Below are positions 36,629 through 47,353 of a stretch of 64,000 nt of DNA, piece by piece. The translations under genes and the position numbers were made by a program. The stretch comes from Deltaproteobacteria bacterium (GTDB taxonomy: Bacteria; Myxococcota_A; UBA796; JAFGLY01): positions 3,016 to 67,015 of the forward strand of contig JAFGLY010000121.1 of NCBI GenBank assembly GCA_016927815.1, in the 5' to 3' direction. The notes under the pieces were generated by a model, which ran no database searches, had not been told where the DNA came from, and saw nothing but the letters and a program-made list of their open reading frames with translations. Every line of letters starts with the position of its first letter. Position 1 is the stretch's first letter.

Positions 36629-37528
36629 CTACTCCTCGCCCTCGGCGCCGCTTGGCTCGGCGTCCCCCACGGGTTGACGGGCTGCGCGTCTCAGGCCCCG
36701 ACGCACGTTCCGGCCGCCCCGTACCACCCGGCGGGCGCCCAGCGCCTCCGCTCCATCGGGGCGGAGGAAGAGCGCGGCCCCTCCGCTTCGGGACCCCAGG
36801 CGGAAGTAGCGGGCGGCCGTTCTCAACACCTCGGTCTCCTTGCCCGGTGGCAGGTACAGGGGCGTCCGCCCTTCCTCGGCGAAGAGCCAGCCGGTCTGGG
36901 CCTGGGTCATGGTCGTGGGGTCGAGCGTGTGGACCGTCTCGCCCTCCGAGGGGAACCGGATGGGCGTCGGATCGTCCTTCCTCCAGGGGACCACGTGGAC
37001 GTCGGCATCGCTCACGGCCTTGGCGAGCCTGTCCAGGTGCAGGTCGAAGGTTCCCTCCTCCGTGCGGTCGATGCCGACGACCACGCGCCACGGAAGGGCC
37101 GCCACGAAGTCCTGGCCGAAGTACCGGGTGGCCGCTGCTGCGAACTCCGCACGGCTGCCTGCAGCCTGGAGCACGGGCACCTTGCCCTGCTCGGCCAGGA
37201 TCCAGCCGGTTCGAGAGGTGGTGAAGGTGGAGAGATCCAACTGGTGGACGACCTCGGGCGTGCCGTCGGACTGGGGATCCGCGAGGATGGGCACCCTCGT
37301 ACCGTCCGGCCCGGCGAAATAGGTGGCGTACACATCGAGCTTCGCCGCGGCTCGGACGATGTCCTGGACATGGCTCCGGAAGGCCGGGTCTCCGTCTGGA
37401 TCGTAGACCACGACGGCCTTCCAGTGCGGCTCCTCGGCCACGACCGCTTCCGGCTCCGGCGCGGGTGGAGGGGGTTCGGAGCGGCACGCAGCGAGGGCCA
37501 GGGCCAGGACGATCAGGGCAGGAGGCAT
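36629..37528 (-). CDS. Lipoprotein with internal two-domain duplication, co-transcribed with PBP1A
   Basis: ATG at 37528, 11 nt after the PBP1A stop. Lipobox LALALAAC. Two ~100-aa units share ...VVV.D......F..H......A..LDV......DG...P.........H.LD..T.T...TGW...E.G..P........E....A.RYF. Only the last 299 codons of the 954-aa ORF are credible. Confidence 0.6.
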   Translation of the reverse strand: MPPALIVLALALAACRSEPPPPAPEPEAVVAEEPHWKAVVVYDPDGDPAFRSHVQDIVRAAAKLDVYATYFAGPDGTRVPILADPQSDGTPEVVHQLDLSTFTTSRTGWILAEQGKVPVLQAAGSRAEFAAAATRYFGQDFVAALPWRVVVGIDRTEEGTFDLHLDRLAKAVSDADVHVVPWRKDDPTPIRFPSEGETVHTLDPTTMTQAQTGWLFAEEGRTPLYLPPGKETEVLRTAARYFRLGSRSGGAALFLRPDGAEALGARRVVRGGRNVRRGLRRAARQPVGDAEPSGAEGEE

Positions 37529-37539
37529 CGTGTGTCCTT

Positions 37540-40500
37540 TCAGAAGTCTGTTTGAAGCAGGTCCTCGGCGGTCTTCTGGCCAACCTCCCCACCCAACTCC
37601 GAGGGGGCGGTCCCGGGAAGGAGCGGGTAGGCTCGTCCGCCGGTGGCCACACGGCCGGTGGCCTCGTCGATGGGCACCGTGACCACGCCGGTCAACGGGC
37701 CGAACCGGGGTGCCGTCTCCTTCGGGACGGCGGCCTTCATGACGTCCATCCAGATGGGCAGGGCGGTGTGGCCACCCGTGAAGGAGAGGCCCATGGATTT
37801 GGGCTGGTCGTAGCCGACCCAGGAGCACCCGATGACCGCCGGGTTGTATCCGACGAACCAGGCATCGAAGAAGTCGTTGGTCGTGCCCGTCTTGCCCGCC
37901 ACCTCGAACCCGAGGCGGTTGGTGGCCGCGCCGGTGCCGCCGGTGGCCACCTCCCGGAGCAGCCAGTGGACGATGCTGGCCACGCCCGGCTCCAGCGCCT
38001 CCGGCCACGATTCGGGCGCCTGCCAGGCCTCGATGACGGTGCCGTCCCGGTCCACCACCCGGTCGATCCAGTGCGGCTCCACGAGGTGCCCTCCGGTGGC
38101 GAACGCCGTGTAGGCCCGGGTGAGCTCCACCATCGTGAGCGACGAGGATCCGAGGCCCACCGAGAGGTCGCAGACACGGCAGACCGTGCGGCCCTCGCCG
38201 TCCTGCCGCGCATCCACGCAGGGGTCGTTCTCGGGCATCGCCTCCTGCCGGATCCATGGGCACACGCGGAGGTTCACGTCGCAGGAGTGGCACCAGACCC
38301 GCCCGTCCGAGACCACGGGTTCGTCGAGACAGGTGAGGCCCGATGTCCGCTCCACCATCGGGCAGCTGGCTGGGTCGCAGGCCTCGCACCAGGACATCCC
38401 CTTCACGGGCGAGGGGGCGCGGGTGCCGGGGCACTCGGCCGTCTCGCGGATGTGCGTGCGGCTGCAGGTGGGACGGTCGTACCCGATCCGAAGTCTGGGC
38501 CCGGCCAGTTGAAACACCGGTTCCAGGCCGATACGGTCGAGAACGCGCACCGTGCAGACGTTGCGGGACAGCTGCAGCGCCTTGCGCAACGTGATGTTGC
38601 CCAGGTATTCCTCTCCATAGTTGGAGGGCTTCCAGAGCTTGTCGTTCAGCGTGTTGAACACGAGCGGCGCGTCCTGGATGATCGTCGCCGAGCTGACCTT
38701 GCGCGTACCGATGGCCGCCGCGTAGACGATGGGCTTGAAGGTGGACCCGACCTGTCGCCGAGCCTGGACCGCCCTGTTGAACTCGGTCTTCTCGAAGTCG
38801 TACCCACCCACCATGGCCTGCACGCCGCCGTCCTCGAGACGCCACAGCAGGAAGGCCGCTTCCAGCGCTGGCGCCTGGTAGATGCGCGCCGCCACGAACG
38901 GCCCCGGACCCGCTGCTTCGTAGCCCGCCAGCGCCTTCACGCTCCCAGCCGCCAGGGCCTCCACCGTGACCTGCACCCGGTCGCCCCGGGAGAAGGCCCG
39001 CGTCAGGTCGTCCTGCTCCCGGTACCTCGCGATGCGCGCCGGGTTCGGCACGTAGGTCCAGGCCGTCCAGGAGCGCGGCACGAGGCCGCGGTGGGTCCCG
39101 ATGCCCACCACGAGGTGTTTCGGCTGGGCCTCCAGCACGACCGCCTCGTACCGCTGGCCCTCCTCCAGCACCGACCGCTCCGGGACCGGATCGTAGCCCC
39201 CTCGACCCCCGGTCCGGTCCGCCACCCGGAGGTTCCGCTCGGACCAGGTCTTCCGGAGCGCCTGCTCCTGGGCGTCGAGGTGTGCTCGGATGGCCTCCTC
39301 GGACTCGAGGTGCTCCGCGGCACCCCGCCACCCCACGAGGTTGTCGGCCTCGAGCACCCGCTGGACCACGGACTCCTGGGCGGCCTTCTGCAGGTCGAGG
39401 TCGCAGGTGCTGCGTACCTCCAGGCCGTCGTTGTACACCTTGTCGAACCCGTAGGTCTCCACCAGGTAGCGCCGGATGTGCTCTGTGAACCACGGGGCCT
39501 GGAGGAGGAACTCGTTGCGGCGCCGGGAGATGGGCACGACCTCGGCCAGGGCTTCCTCGAACGTGTGCCGATCGATGAGCCCCTTGTCGAGCATCTGGCC
39601 GAGGACGTACTCCTGGCGTGCGCGGGCTGCCTGCCAGTCGCGTAGCGGCGAGGTCTCGCTGGGACGCTGGGGCAGGCCCGCGAGAAGGGCGGCCTCCGCG
39701 AGCGAGAGGTCCTGGACGTGCTTGTCGAAGTAGGTGCGGGCCGCGGCCTCTACCCCGTAGGCGCCGGATCCCAGGTAGATCTGGTTGAGGTACAGGTAGA
39801 GGATGTGCTCCTTGGAGAAGGCCTCCTCGATGCGCCGGGCGAGCACCATCTCCTTGATCTTCCGCGAGTAGCGCTTCTCGCTGGACAGGAGGAAGTTGCG
39901 GGCCACCTGCTGGGTGATGGTGGAGGCGCCCTGGGCCTTCTTGAACCTCAGGACGTTGCGGCCCACGGCGCGGGCGATGCCCATGGGGTCCACGCCGGCG
40001 TGTGTCCAGAAGGAGGCGTCTTCCGAGGCGATGAAGGCGTCCTGTACGTGTGGGGGGATCTGTTCGATCGGAACGACGTAACGTCGCTTCTCGTAGATCT
40101 CCCCCAGGAGTCGGCCGCGAGCGTCGTAGACCACCGTGACCGTGGGCGGTCGATAGGTCGCGAGGATCTCCAGCGTGGGAAGGTCCCGGCTCAAGAACCA
40201 GACGACGGCCACGATCGAGAGGATCCCCACGCCGAGGAGCGCCAGGAGAACCAGGAGCACACCGAAGATCCGGGATCCGCGTACGATCCGTGCGGGCGGG
40301 GACGGAGGGGGACGCGGGAGGGTGCGCTCGGGCAGGCTCGGGGGAGAGGAACGAGGGATGGGCGGCCGCGGGGATTGGCCCGGAGGCACGGGAGGCGGCA
40401 CCACCACGTGCGGAGGTCGCGCGGGCGGCGGGGACCCGACCGGCGGAGGCGCCTTCCCCCCTGCCGGCGAAGGCTCGGTCGGACGCGTCGATGCTTCATC

Positions 40501-40644
40501 CTGCATCTCGGCCAGGATCCGCGGCGGGTACTGGACCGACAAGACCTGCCCGCACCGGCAGCGGAGCAGGGTGCCGGGGGCCGGAAGCGGATCCCGGAGC
40601 GTGTGGACGGTCCCGCACGACGGACAGGTGAGCTTCAGGGCCAT
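37540..40644 (-). CDS. mrcA: Class A penicillin-binding protein (PBP1A: glycosyltransferase + transpeptidase) with N-terminal zinc ribbon and Cys-rich insertion
   Basis: 1034 aa. MJ0042-type ribbon CPSC...CRC, Pro-rich linker and TM helix. GT51 motifs EDASFWTHAGVD, GASTITQQ and RKIKE. TP motifs STFKP, SRN and KTGTT. A 14-Cys insertion lies between SRN and KTG. Confidence 0.9.
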   Translation of the reverse strand: MALKLTCPSCGTVHTLRDPLPAPGTLLRCRCGQVLSVQYPPRILAEMQDEASTRPTEPSPAGGKAPPPVGSPPPARPPHVVVPPPVPPGQSPRPPIPRSSPPSLPERTLPRPPPSPPARIVRGSRIFGVLLVLLALLGVGILSIVAVVWFLSRDLPTLEILATYRPPTVTVVYDARGRLLGEIYEKRRYVVPIEQIPPHVQDAFIASEDASFWTHAGVDPMGIARAVGRNVLRFKKAQGASTITQQVARNFLLSSEKRYSRKIKEMVLARRIEEAFSKEHILYLYLNQIYLGSGAYGVEAAARTYFDKHVQDLSLAEAALLAGLPQRPSETSPLRDWQAARARQEYVLGQMLDKGLIDRHTFEEALAEVVPISRRRNEFLLQAPWFTEHIRRYLVETYGFDKVYNDGLEVRSTCDLDLQKAAQESVVQRVLEADNLVGWRGAAEHLESEEAIRAHLDAQEQALRKTWSERNLRVADRTGGRGGYDPVPERSVLEEGQRYEAVVLEAQPKHLVVGIGTHRGLVPRSWTAWTYVPNPARIARYREQDDLTRAFSRGDRVQVTVEALAAGSVKALAGYEAAGPGPFVAARIYQAPALEAAFLLWRLEDGGVQAMVGGYDFEKTEFNRAVQARRQVGSTFKPIVYAAAIGTRKVSSATIIQDAPLVFNTLNDKLWKPSNYGEEYLGNITLRKALQLSRNVCTVRVLDRIGLEPVFQLAGPRLRIGYDRPTCSRTHIRETAECPGTRAPSPVKGMSWCEACDPASCPMVERTSGLTCLDEPVVSDGRVWCHSCDVNLRVCPWIRQEAMPENDPCVDARQDGEGRTVCRVCDLSVGLGSSSLTMVELTRAYTAFATGGHLVEPHWIDRVVDRDGTVIEAWQAPESWPEALEPGVASIVHWLLREVATGGTGAATNRLGFEVAGKTGTTNDFFDAWFVGYNPAVIGCSWVGYDQPKSMGLSFTGGHTALPIWMDVMKAAVPKETAPRFGPLTGVVTVPIDEATGRVATGGRAYPLLPGTAPSELGGEVGQKTAEDLLQTDF

Positions 40645-40972
40645 TAGGGACGCCGGGTCGCGTCCTCCTTACCCCATGGGACAGGCCGGGCCAATGGACG
40701 CGGCGCGCTCCAGAACGCCTCCGCGCGCCCCCGGTGAGGTGTCGATCCCCCTTCTCGGGCGTCCTGCCCCGATCGCGGGGTCCAAAACGCCCCAAGCCTG
40801 CGTCACATCCGATGTCGACGGCCATCTTGGGTGCCGATTCGTCCTTGACGGTTCGAGGAGCGGGCGATAACGGACGAGCCTTTTGTCCGTTCCTCCTCCG
40901 GTTCTCCCGAAGGGTCGTTTTACGGGCTTCAAAAGCAGTTTATCCCTGTCACCCCCCAACAAAGGAAGCGGC

Positions 40973-42964
<1,992 letters not shown>

Positions 42965-42983
42965 CCCCCACCGGCGCAAAGCG

Positions 42984-43014
42984 AGGCCGCGGACCTGCAC
43001 ACAGGCCGCGGCCT
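42984..43014 (+). terminator. Hairpin downstream of acs (9-bp GC stem AGGCCGCGG/CCGCGGCCT, 13-nt loop)
   Basis: Starts 20 nt after the acs stop. It is followed only by a short TT, so the intrinsic-terminator call is weak. Confidence 0.35.
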
Positions 43015-43143
43015 TCGTGCATCCGGTCTCGGGGGACCTGCGCTCGGCCGAGTCGGTACCCTTTGAATCCTGGCCTGGATCAGGGTAGGTGGACGGCCCT
43101 GTAGCGATCGTCGTGCTGGAACCCGTTTCTTCGGAGGTCCCCC

Positions 43144-44400
43144 GTGTCGGAGCAGAAGGTCCAGAACCGCTGGTGGGTAGTCGTCGGAGCCATCCTCATC
43201 CAGCTCTGCCTCGGTGCCATCTACGCCTGGTCCGCCTTCACCGGCATCCTCAAGGAGGCCGACTGGAGCAAGGCGGAGACCCAGATGGTCTTTTCCGCCG
43301 GACTCGCGCTCTTCGCCATCGTCATGGTGATCGCGGGCCGCATGATGCCCAGGGTCGGGCCCCGCAAGCTGGCCATCGGCGGCAGCGTGGTCCTCGGCGT
43401 CGGCTACATCCTCGCCGGGCTCATCGGTGCGACCTCGTTCTGGCCCGTGTTCCTCCTCATCGGGGTCGTGGGCGGCGCGGGCATCGGCCTCGCCTACGTG
43501 GTCCCCATCGCCGTGGGCATGCGCTGGTTCCCCGACAAGAAGGGCCTCATCACGGGGCTCGCCGTGGCGGGCTTCGGGTTCGGTGCCACCCTCTGGGTCA
43601 TGCTGGCCGGTCCCTGGGCCCACCTCCTCGAGAACATCGGCCTCGGGAACACCTTCGTCCTCTACGGGGTGATCTTCCTCGTGGCCGGATCCATCGGCGG
43701 TCTGTTCATGACCTGGCCGCCCGACGGCTGGAAGCCGGCCGGCTGGAATCCACCCGCACCCGTGGCCGGCAAGGCCATGGCGGGCTCGGAGGACTTCACC
43801 GCCGGCGAGATGCTGCGCACCCCGCAGTTCTACATGATCTTCACGACGTTCCTCTTCGGAGCCGGCGCGGGCCTCATGGTGATCGGCAACATCAAGCTCT
43901 TCGGCAACCAGGAACTGGTCGCGGCGGGCCTCACAGAGGAGGCCGCCACCGCGGCCACCTCCCTGGCCATGGGCGTGTTCTACGCGCTCGCCAACGGTCT
44001 GGGCCGCATCGTCTGGGGCACCATCAGCGACAGGCTGGGCCGCAAGGCCTCGCTCGTGCTCATGACCGCCATCCAGGGCGTCATGGTCATCCTGTTCCAG
44101 TGGATGGCCGGGACCACGGGCCTCCTGTACCTGGGCGCCGCGCTCATCGGCTTCAACTTCGGCGGCAACTTCGCCCTGTTCCCCACGATCACGGCCGACA
44201 CCTTCGGCACCCGGAACGTGGGGGCGAACTACGGCTGGGTCTTCCTCGCCTACGGCTTGGGAGGCATCATCGGCCCGATCATGGCCGGCAGGCTCGGCGA
44301 CGCGGGGCGCTTCAGCCTGGCCTTCACGATCTGCGGCGCGGCCTGCCTCGTGGCAGCCCTGATCATCGCCCTGGTCAAGCCCGCGCGCAAGGCCGCGTAG
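43144..44400 (+). CDS. MFS transporter, oxalate/formate antiporter (OFA)-like family
   Basis: GTG start after GGAGG. 418 aa with 12 hydrophobic segments. N-terminal RWWVVVGAILIQLCLGAIYAWSAF is typical of OFA-type MFS proteins. Confidence 0.8.
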   Translation: MSEQKVQNRWWVVVGAILIQLCLGAIYAWSAFTGILKEADWSKAETQMVFSAGLALFAIVMVIAGRMMPRVGPRKLAIGGSVVLGVGYILAGLIGATSFWPVFLLIGVVGGAGIGLAYVVPIAVGMRWFPDKKGLITGLAVAGFGFGATLWVMLAGPWAHLLENIGLGNTFVLYGVIFLVAGSIGGLFMTWPPDGWKPAGWNPPAPVAGKAMAGSEDFTAGEMLRTPQFYMIFTTFLFGAGAGLMVIGNIKLFGNQELVAAGLTEEAATAATSLAMGVFYALANGLGRIVWGTISDRLGRKASLVLMTAIQGVMVILFQWMAGTTGLLYLGAALIGFNFGGNFALFPTITADTFGTRNVGANYGWVFLAYGLGGIIGPIMAGRLGDAGRFSLAFTICGAACLVAALIIALVKPARKAA

Positions 44401-44408
44401 GGGCGGGA

Positions 44409-45305
44409 TCAGGGCGCGGGATCGGGCAGATCCACCACGCCCTCGGGCAGGAGCGCCCGGGCGTCCCCACGGACGATCTCCAGGGCGGAGGGCATGCCCC
44501 GCATGGCTCGGGAGGCTCCGGTATCGATGCCCACCACGGCACCTTGGCACCGGGCCACGGGTCGGCCGCCGTCCTGCACGGTGTGCCCCACGACCATGCG
44601 CCGTGCCCCGAGCACACCGAGGACATCGCTCGCCTCCCGGCAGGCCTCGGCCTCGGGGTCCCTCAGGTAGCCACGGTACCACAGGGGTCCCTTCTTCCCC
44701 AGGATGGGCCCGTCTCCCGCCGCCAGCGCCTGGCGTACGGCCTCGTTGATGCCCTCCACCCCGAGCGAGGCCCACTCCCGTGGCACGCCGGCGTGCACGA
44801 AGACGGTCTCGCCCACCCGCACGACCGCGTCGAGATCCCTTAGCCGGCGTCCGTAGGCACCCCGGGGAGACAGCGCGGTCCGACGGGCCTCGGGTCCGCC
44901 GAAGGCGGCCTGGTCCCCGGCGGTCGCCGAGAGGCAGTCGCCCTGCAGGTTGAGGACCTCGTGGTTGCCCAGGAGCTGGATGACCCGCCCCCCCACGGCC
45001 GAGGCCTCCTCCTCGAGGCGGTCCAGAAGGTCCAGGATGGTCCGCACGTCGTCCGCCCGATCCATGACGTCGCCGGTCTGGACGAGCACGGTCGTCCCGC
45101 CCGTCCAGCGATCGTCGGGGCCGATGAGATCCGCGAGGCGCAGGGCGGTGCGGGTGGCGGCGGCATCCCCGTGGAGATCGCCCACCGCCACGATGCGCTC
45201 CGGTTCGGCCGACGCCGGAGGGCCCGCCGCGATCTGGGCAACGGCGAGCGCACACACGAGCAAGGCTCTCGGCGCGGAGTACGTGGGGCGGTGGGCGTCA
45301 GGCAT
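44409..45305 (-). CDS. Secreted metallophosphoesterase (calcineurin-like)
   Basis: ATG at 45305 after GGAGG. Signal peptide. Motifs VAVGDLHGD, QTGDVMDRADD, GNHE and VHAG. The upstream 242 codons of the 540-aa ORF were rejected. Confidence 0.8.
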   Translation of the reverse strand: MPDAHRPTYSAPRALLVCALAVAQIAAGPPASAEPERIVAVGDLHGDAAATRTALRLADLIGPDDRWTGGTTVLVQTGDVMDRADDVRTILDLLDRLEEEASAVGGRVIQLLGNHEVLNLQGDCLSATAGDQAAFGGPEARRTALSPRGAYGRRLRDLDAVVRVGETVFVHAGVPREWASLGVEGINEAVRQALAAGDGPILGKKGPLWYRGYLRDPEAEACREASDVLGVLGARRMVVGHTVQDGGRPVARCQGAVVGIDTGASRAMRGMPSALEIVRGDARALLPEGVVDLPDPAP

Positions 45306-45414
45306 CCTTCGAACCTCCGGAGGGTCACGGGCATGGCTTCCGTGGGGCCGCCAGGACGTTATCTCCCTTCCCCGAGACGGACATATCCGCCGCTCGTTCC
45401 ACGGAGTGCCGTGC

Positions 45415-46749
45415 ATGGTCGCCCCCGTCCTCCTCGATCGCCTGATGGAGACCTCGGTCCGCAAGGGCGCCCGGGCGGCCGACGTCCTCCTCGTGGAGTC
45501 CGCCACCCTCTCCTTAGGGTGGCGCGAGGGCCGCGTGTCCTCCCCTTGCGAGGGGGTCACCACGCGTCTGTCCGGCCGCGTCTTCCTGTCCGGTGGGCGC
45601 CAGGCTCCCTTCGCGGTCGACCTGCCCGGACCGCTCGACGCCGCTGCTCTGCTCGATCGAGCCGACGCTCTGCTCGACGGCGCGATCGGAGCGGCTCGGG
45701 AGGCCCCCCCCGACCCGCATGCCGCTCCGGCCGACAGGTACGATCTCGACGTGCGAGGCCGCGCCTTGGAGGACCGCCGCCATCGGACCCTGACCCTGAC
45801 GGACCGCATGGAGGTCGTCACGTCCAACGTCGAGGGGTGCCAGGCATCCGACCCCGGTGTGGTGCCGGAGTCCGTGGAATACGAAGAATCCAGGTTTTCA
45901 CGGTCCTTCGCGAGTACCCGCGGCGTCTCGGCTTCCGAGGCGTCCACGCGGTACCGGGCGTGCGCGACCGCTCGCATGGGGCCCTCGGGGCGCCTCCACC
46001 GCCGAGAGATCGCGACCCGGCAGTTCGCCAATCTCGCGTCCGTTCCGTTCGGCTACGAGCTGGGGTCTCGCCTCTCCGTACTCCACCGGCCTGCCCGACC
46101 CTTCGAGGCGCCGGTCCCGGTACTCATGCGCCCGTCCTGCACCGCACACCTCGTGGCCTGCCTGGCCCCCGCGTTCTCCGCCGCCTCGGTCTTCGACGGC
46201 CGTTCGTTCCTCGCTGGCCTGCTGGGCCAACGCCTTGCGAGTCCTCTGCTCCACGTCATCGACGACCCTGGGCTTCCCGGCGCGCTGGAGAGCCGCTCCT
46301 TCGACGACCAGGGCGTTCCGCCCTCCCCGGTGGTGATCCTCCGGGAGGGCGTGGTCGCCGGGTTGTTCGTGGATCCACGAACCGCTCGGGCGCGGCACCT
46401 GCAGCCCACCGGCCACGTGGTGGGCGGCGAAACCCGACCCTCCAACCTCGTGGTGCGACCGGGGGGGCGTACGCGCAACGCCATCGGCATGGACCTGCGC
46501 GACTACCTCGTCCTCGACACCTTCCATCGACCCGAGCCGTTGGACCGCACCACGGGTCACCTGGACACCCCGTGCGACTGCATCGTCTACCGGAACCACA
46601 AGGCCGAGGGAGCACTCCTGGGCCTCTCCCTGTCCCTTCCCGTCCGCAGCCTCCTCTCCAGCGTGGTGGAGGTCGCCGCTGATCAGGCTCGCTACGGCGA
46701 GGTGGACGCCTGCACACTCGTGATCGGCGGCCTCGAGCTGGGGGCCTGA
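45415..46749 (+). CDS. TldD/PmbA-family metallopeptidase-like protein
   Basis: ATG at 45415. 444 aa. The overall pattern matches PmbA_TldD (…ESRSFDDQGVP…, C-terminal …GGLELGA). Only one copy is present here, although these genes usually occur as a pair. Confidence 0.65.
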   Translation: MVAPVLLDRLMETSVRKGARAADVLLVESATLSLGWREGRVSSPCEGVTTRLSGRVFLSGGRQAPFAVDLPGPLDAAALLDRADALLDGAIGAAREAPPDPHAAPADRYDLDVRGRALEDRRHRTLTLTDRMEVVTSNVEGCQASDPGVVPESVEYEESRFSRSFASTRGVSASEASTRYRACATARMGPSGRLHRREIATRQFANLASVPFGYELGSRLSVLHRPARPFEAPVPVLMRPSCTAHLVACLAPAFSAASVFDGRSFLAGLLGQRLASPLLHVIDDPGLPGALESRSFDDQGVPPSPVVILREGVVAGLFVDPRTARARHLQPTGHVVGGETRPSNLVVRPGGRTRNAIGMDLRDYLVLDTFHRPEPLDRTTGHLDTPCDCIVYRNHKAEGALLGLSLSLPVRSLLSSVVEVAADQARYGEVDACTLVIGGLELGA

Positions 46750-47156
46750 TCCGGCGCGACCGAACCACCGCAGGCGGTGAGGTGGGCCTCGAGATCCCGG
46801 AGGATCTGGCGGGCCGGGCCCAGTCGCCCCTGGCGGATGCAGCGCTTGTAGGCCCTCCACAGCTCGCCCAGGAAGGCATCGTCCACCCAGCGGTGATCCT
46901 GGGGCGCCGGATCGTCCGGCAGCGTCGAGGGGGGTCCCGTGAGACGCCGATCGTGGAGCTGGTGCAGGGCTTCCACCAGAGAAGCGCCCGCCTTCTCGCT
47001 CCTCCGACGACGGAGCTCGCAGTAGATCCGCCACACGTCGGCCTCGGGCATCGTCCCGGCCACAGGGCCGAGCGCGTGGACCCGGAGGATCCGCACGAGA
47101 TCGCGCGAAGAGGACTCGAAGCCTGCCTGGATCGTCATGATCGTTCTTTGCGCCAC
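46692..47156 (-). CDS. Hypothetical protein
   Basis: 154-aa ORF with protein-like composition for the first ~120 aa and no motif. The last 58 nt overlap the convergent TldD/PmbA gene, so either end may be mis-set. Confidence 0.4.
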   Translation of the reverse strand: MAQRTIMTIQAGFESSSRDLVRILRVHALGPVAGTMPEADVWRIYCELRRRRSEKAGASLVEALHQLHDRRLTGPPSTLPDDPAPQDHRWVDDAFLGELWRAYKRCIRQGRLGPARQILRDLEAHLTACGGSVAPDQAPSSRPPITSVQASTSP

Positions 47157-47353
47157 GTGCGGTGCGGGACCCTGCGAAGCGGAGGCAACGGCCGGAGGAT
47201 ACCACAGTTCTCGCGACCGCCCTGCCCTTCGTCTCGCGAGTGGGGCGAACGGGCCATCGGGATGAAGATCATCGGGGGATACCCGTCCAACCGACCGCCT
47301 CTCTGTTCGGGGCGCCCGAACGGCGCTACGTGTTTCTGCCCTCGGAGCCGATC

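Noticed and set aside
36629-39493. 954-aa minus-strand ORF, plus the 726-aa plus-strand ORF 37465-39645.
   Set aside because: Upstream of 37528 the frame is out of phase with PBP1A, which has full GT51 and transpeptidase motifs. Only the terminal 299 codons were kept, as the lipoprotein.
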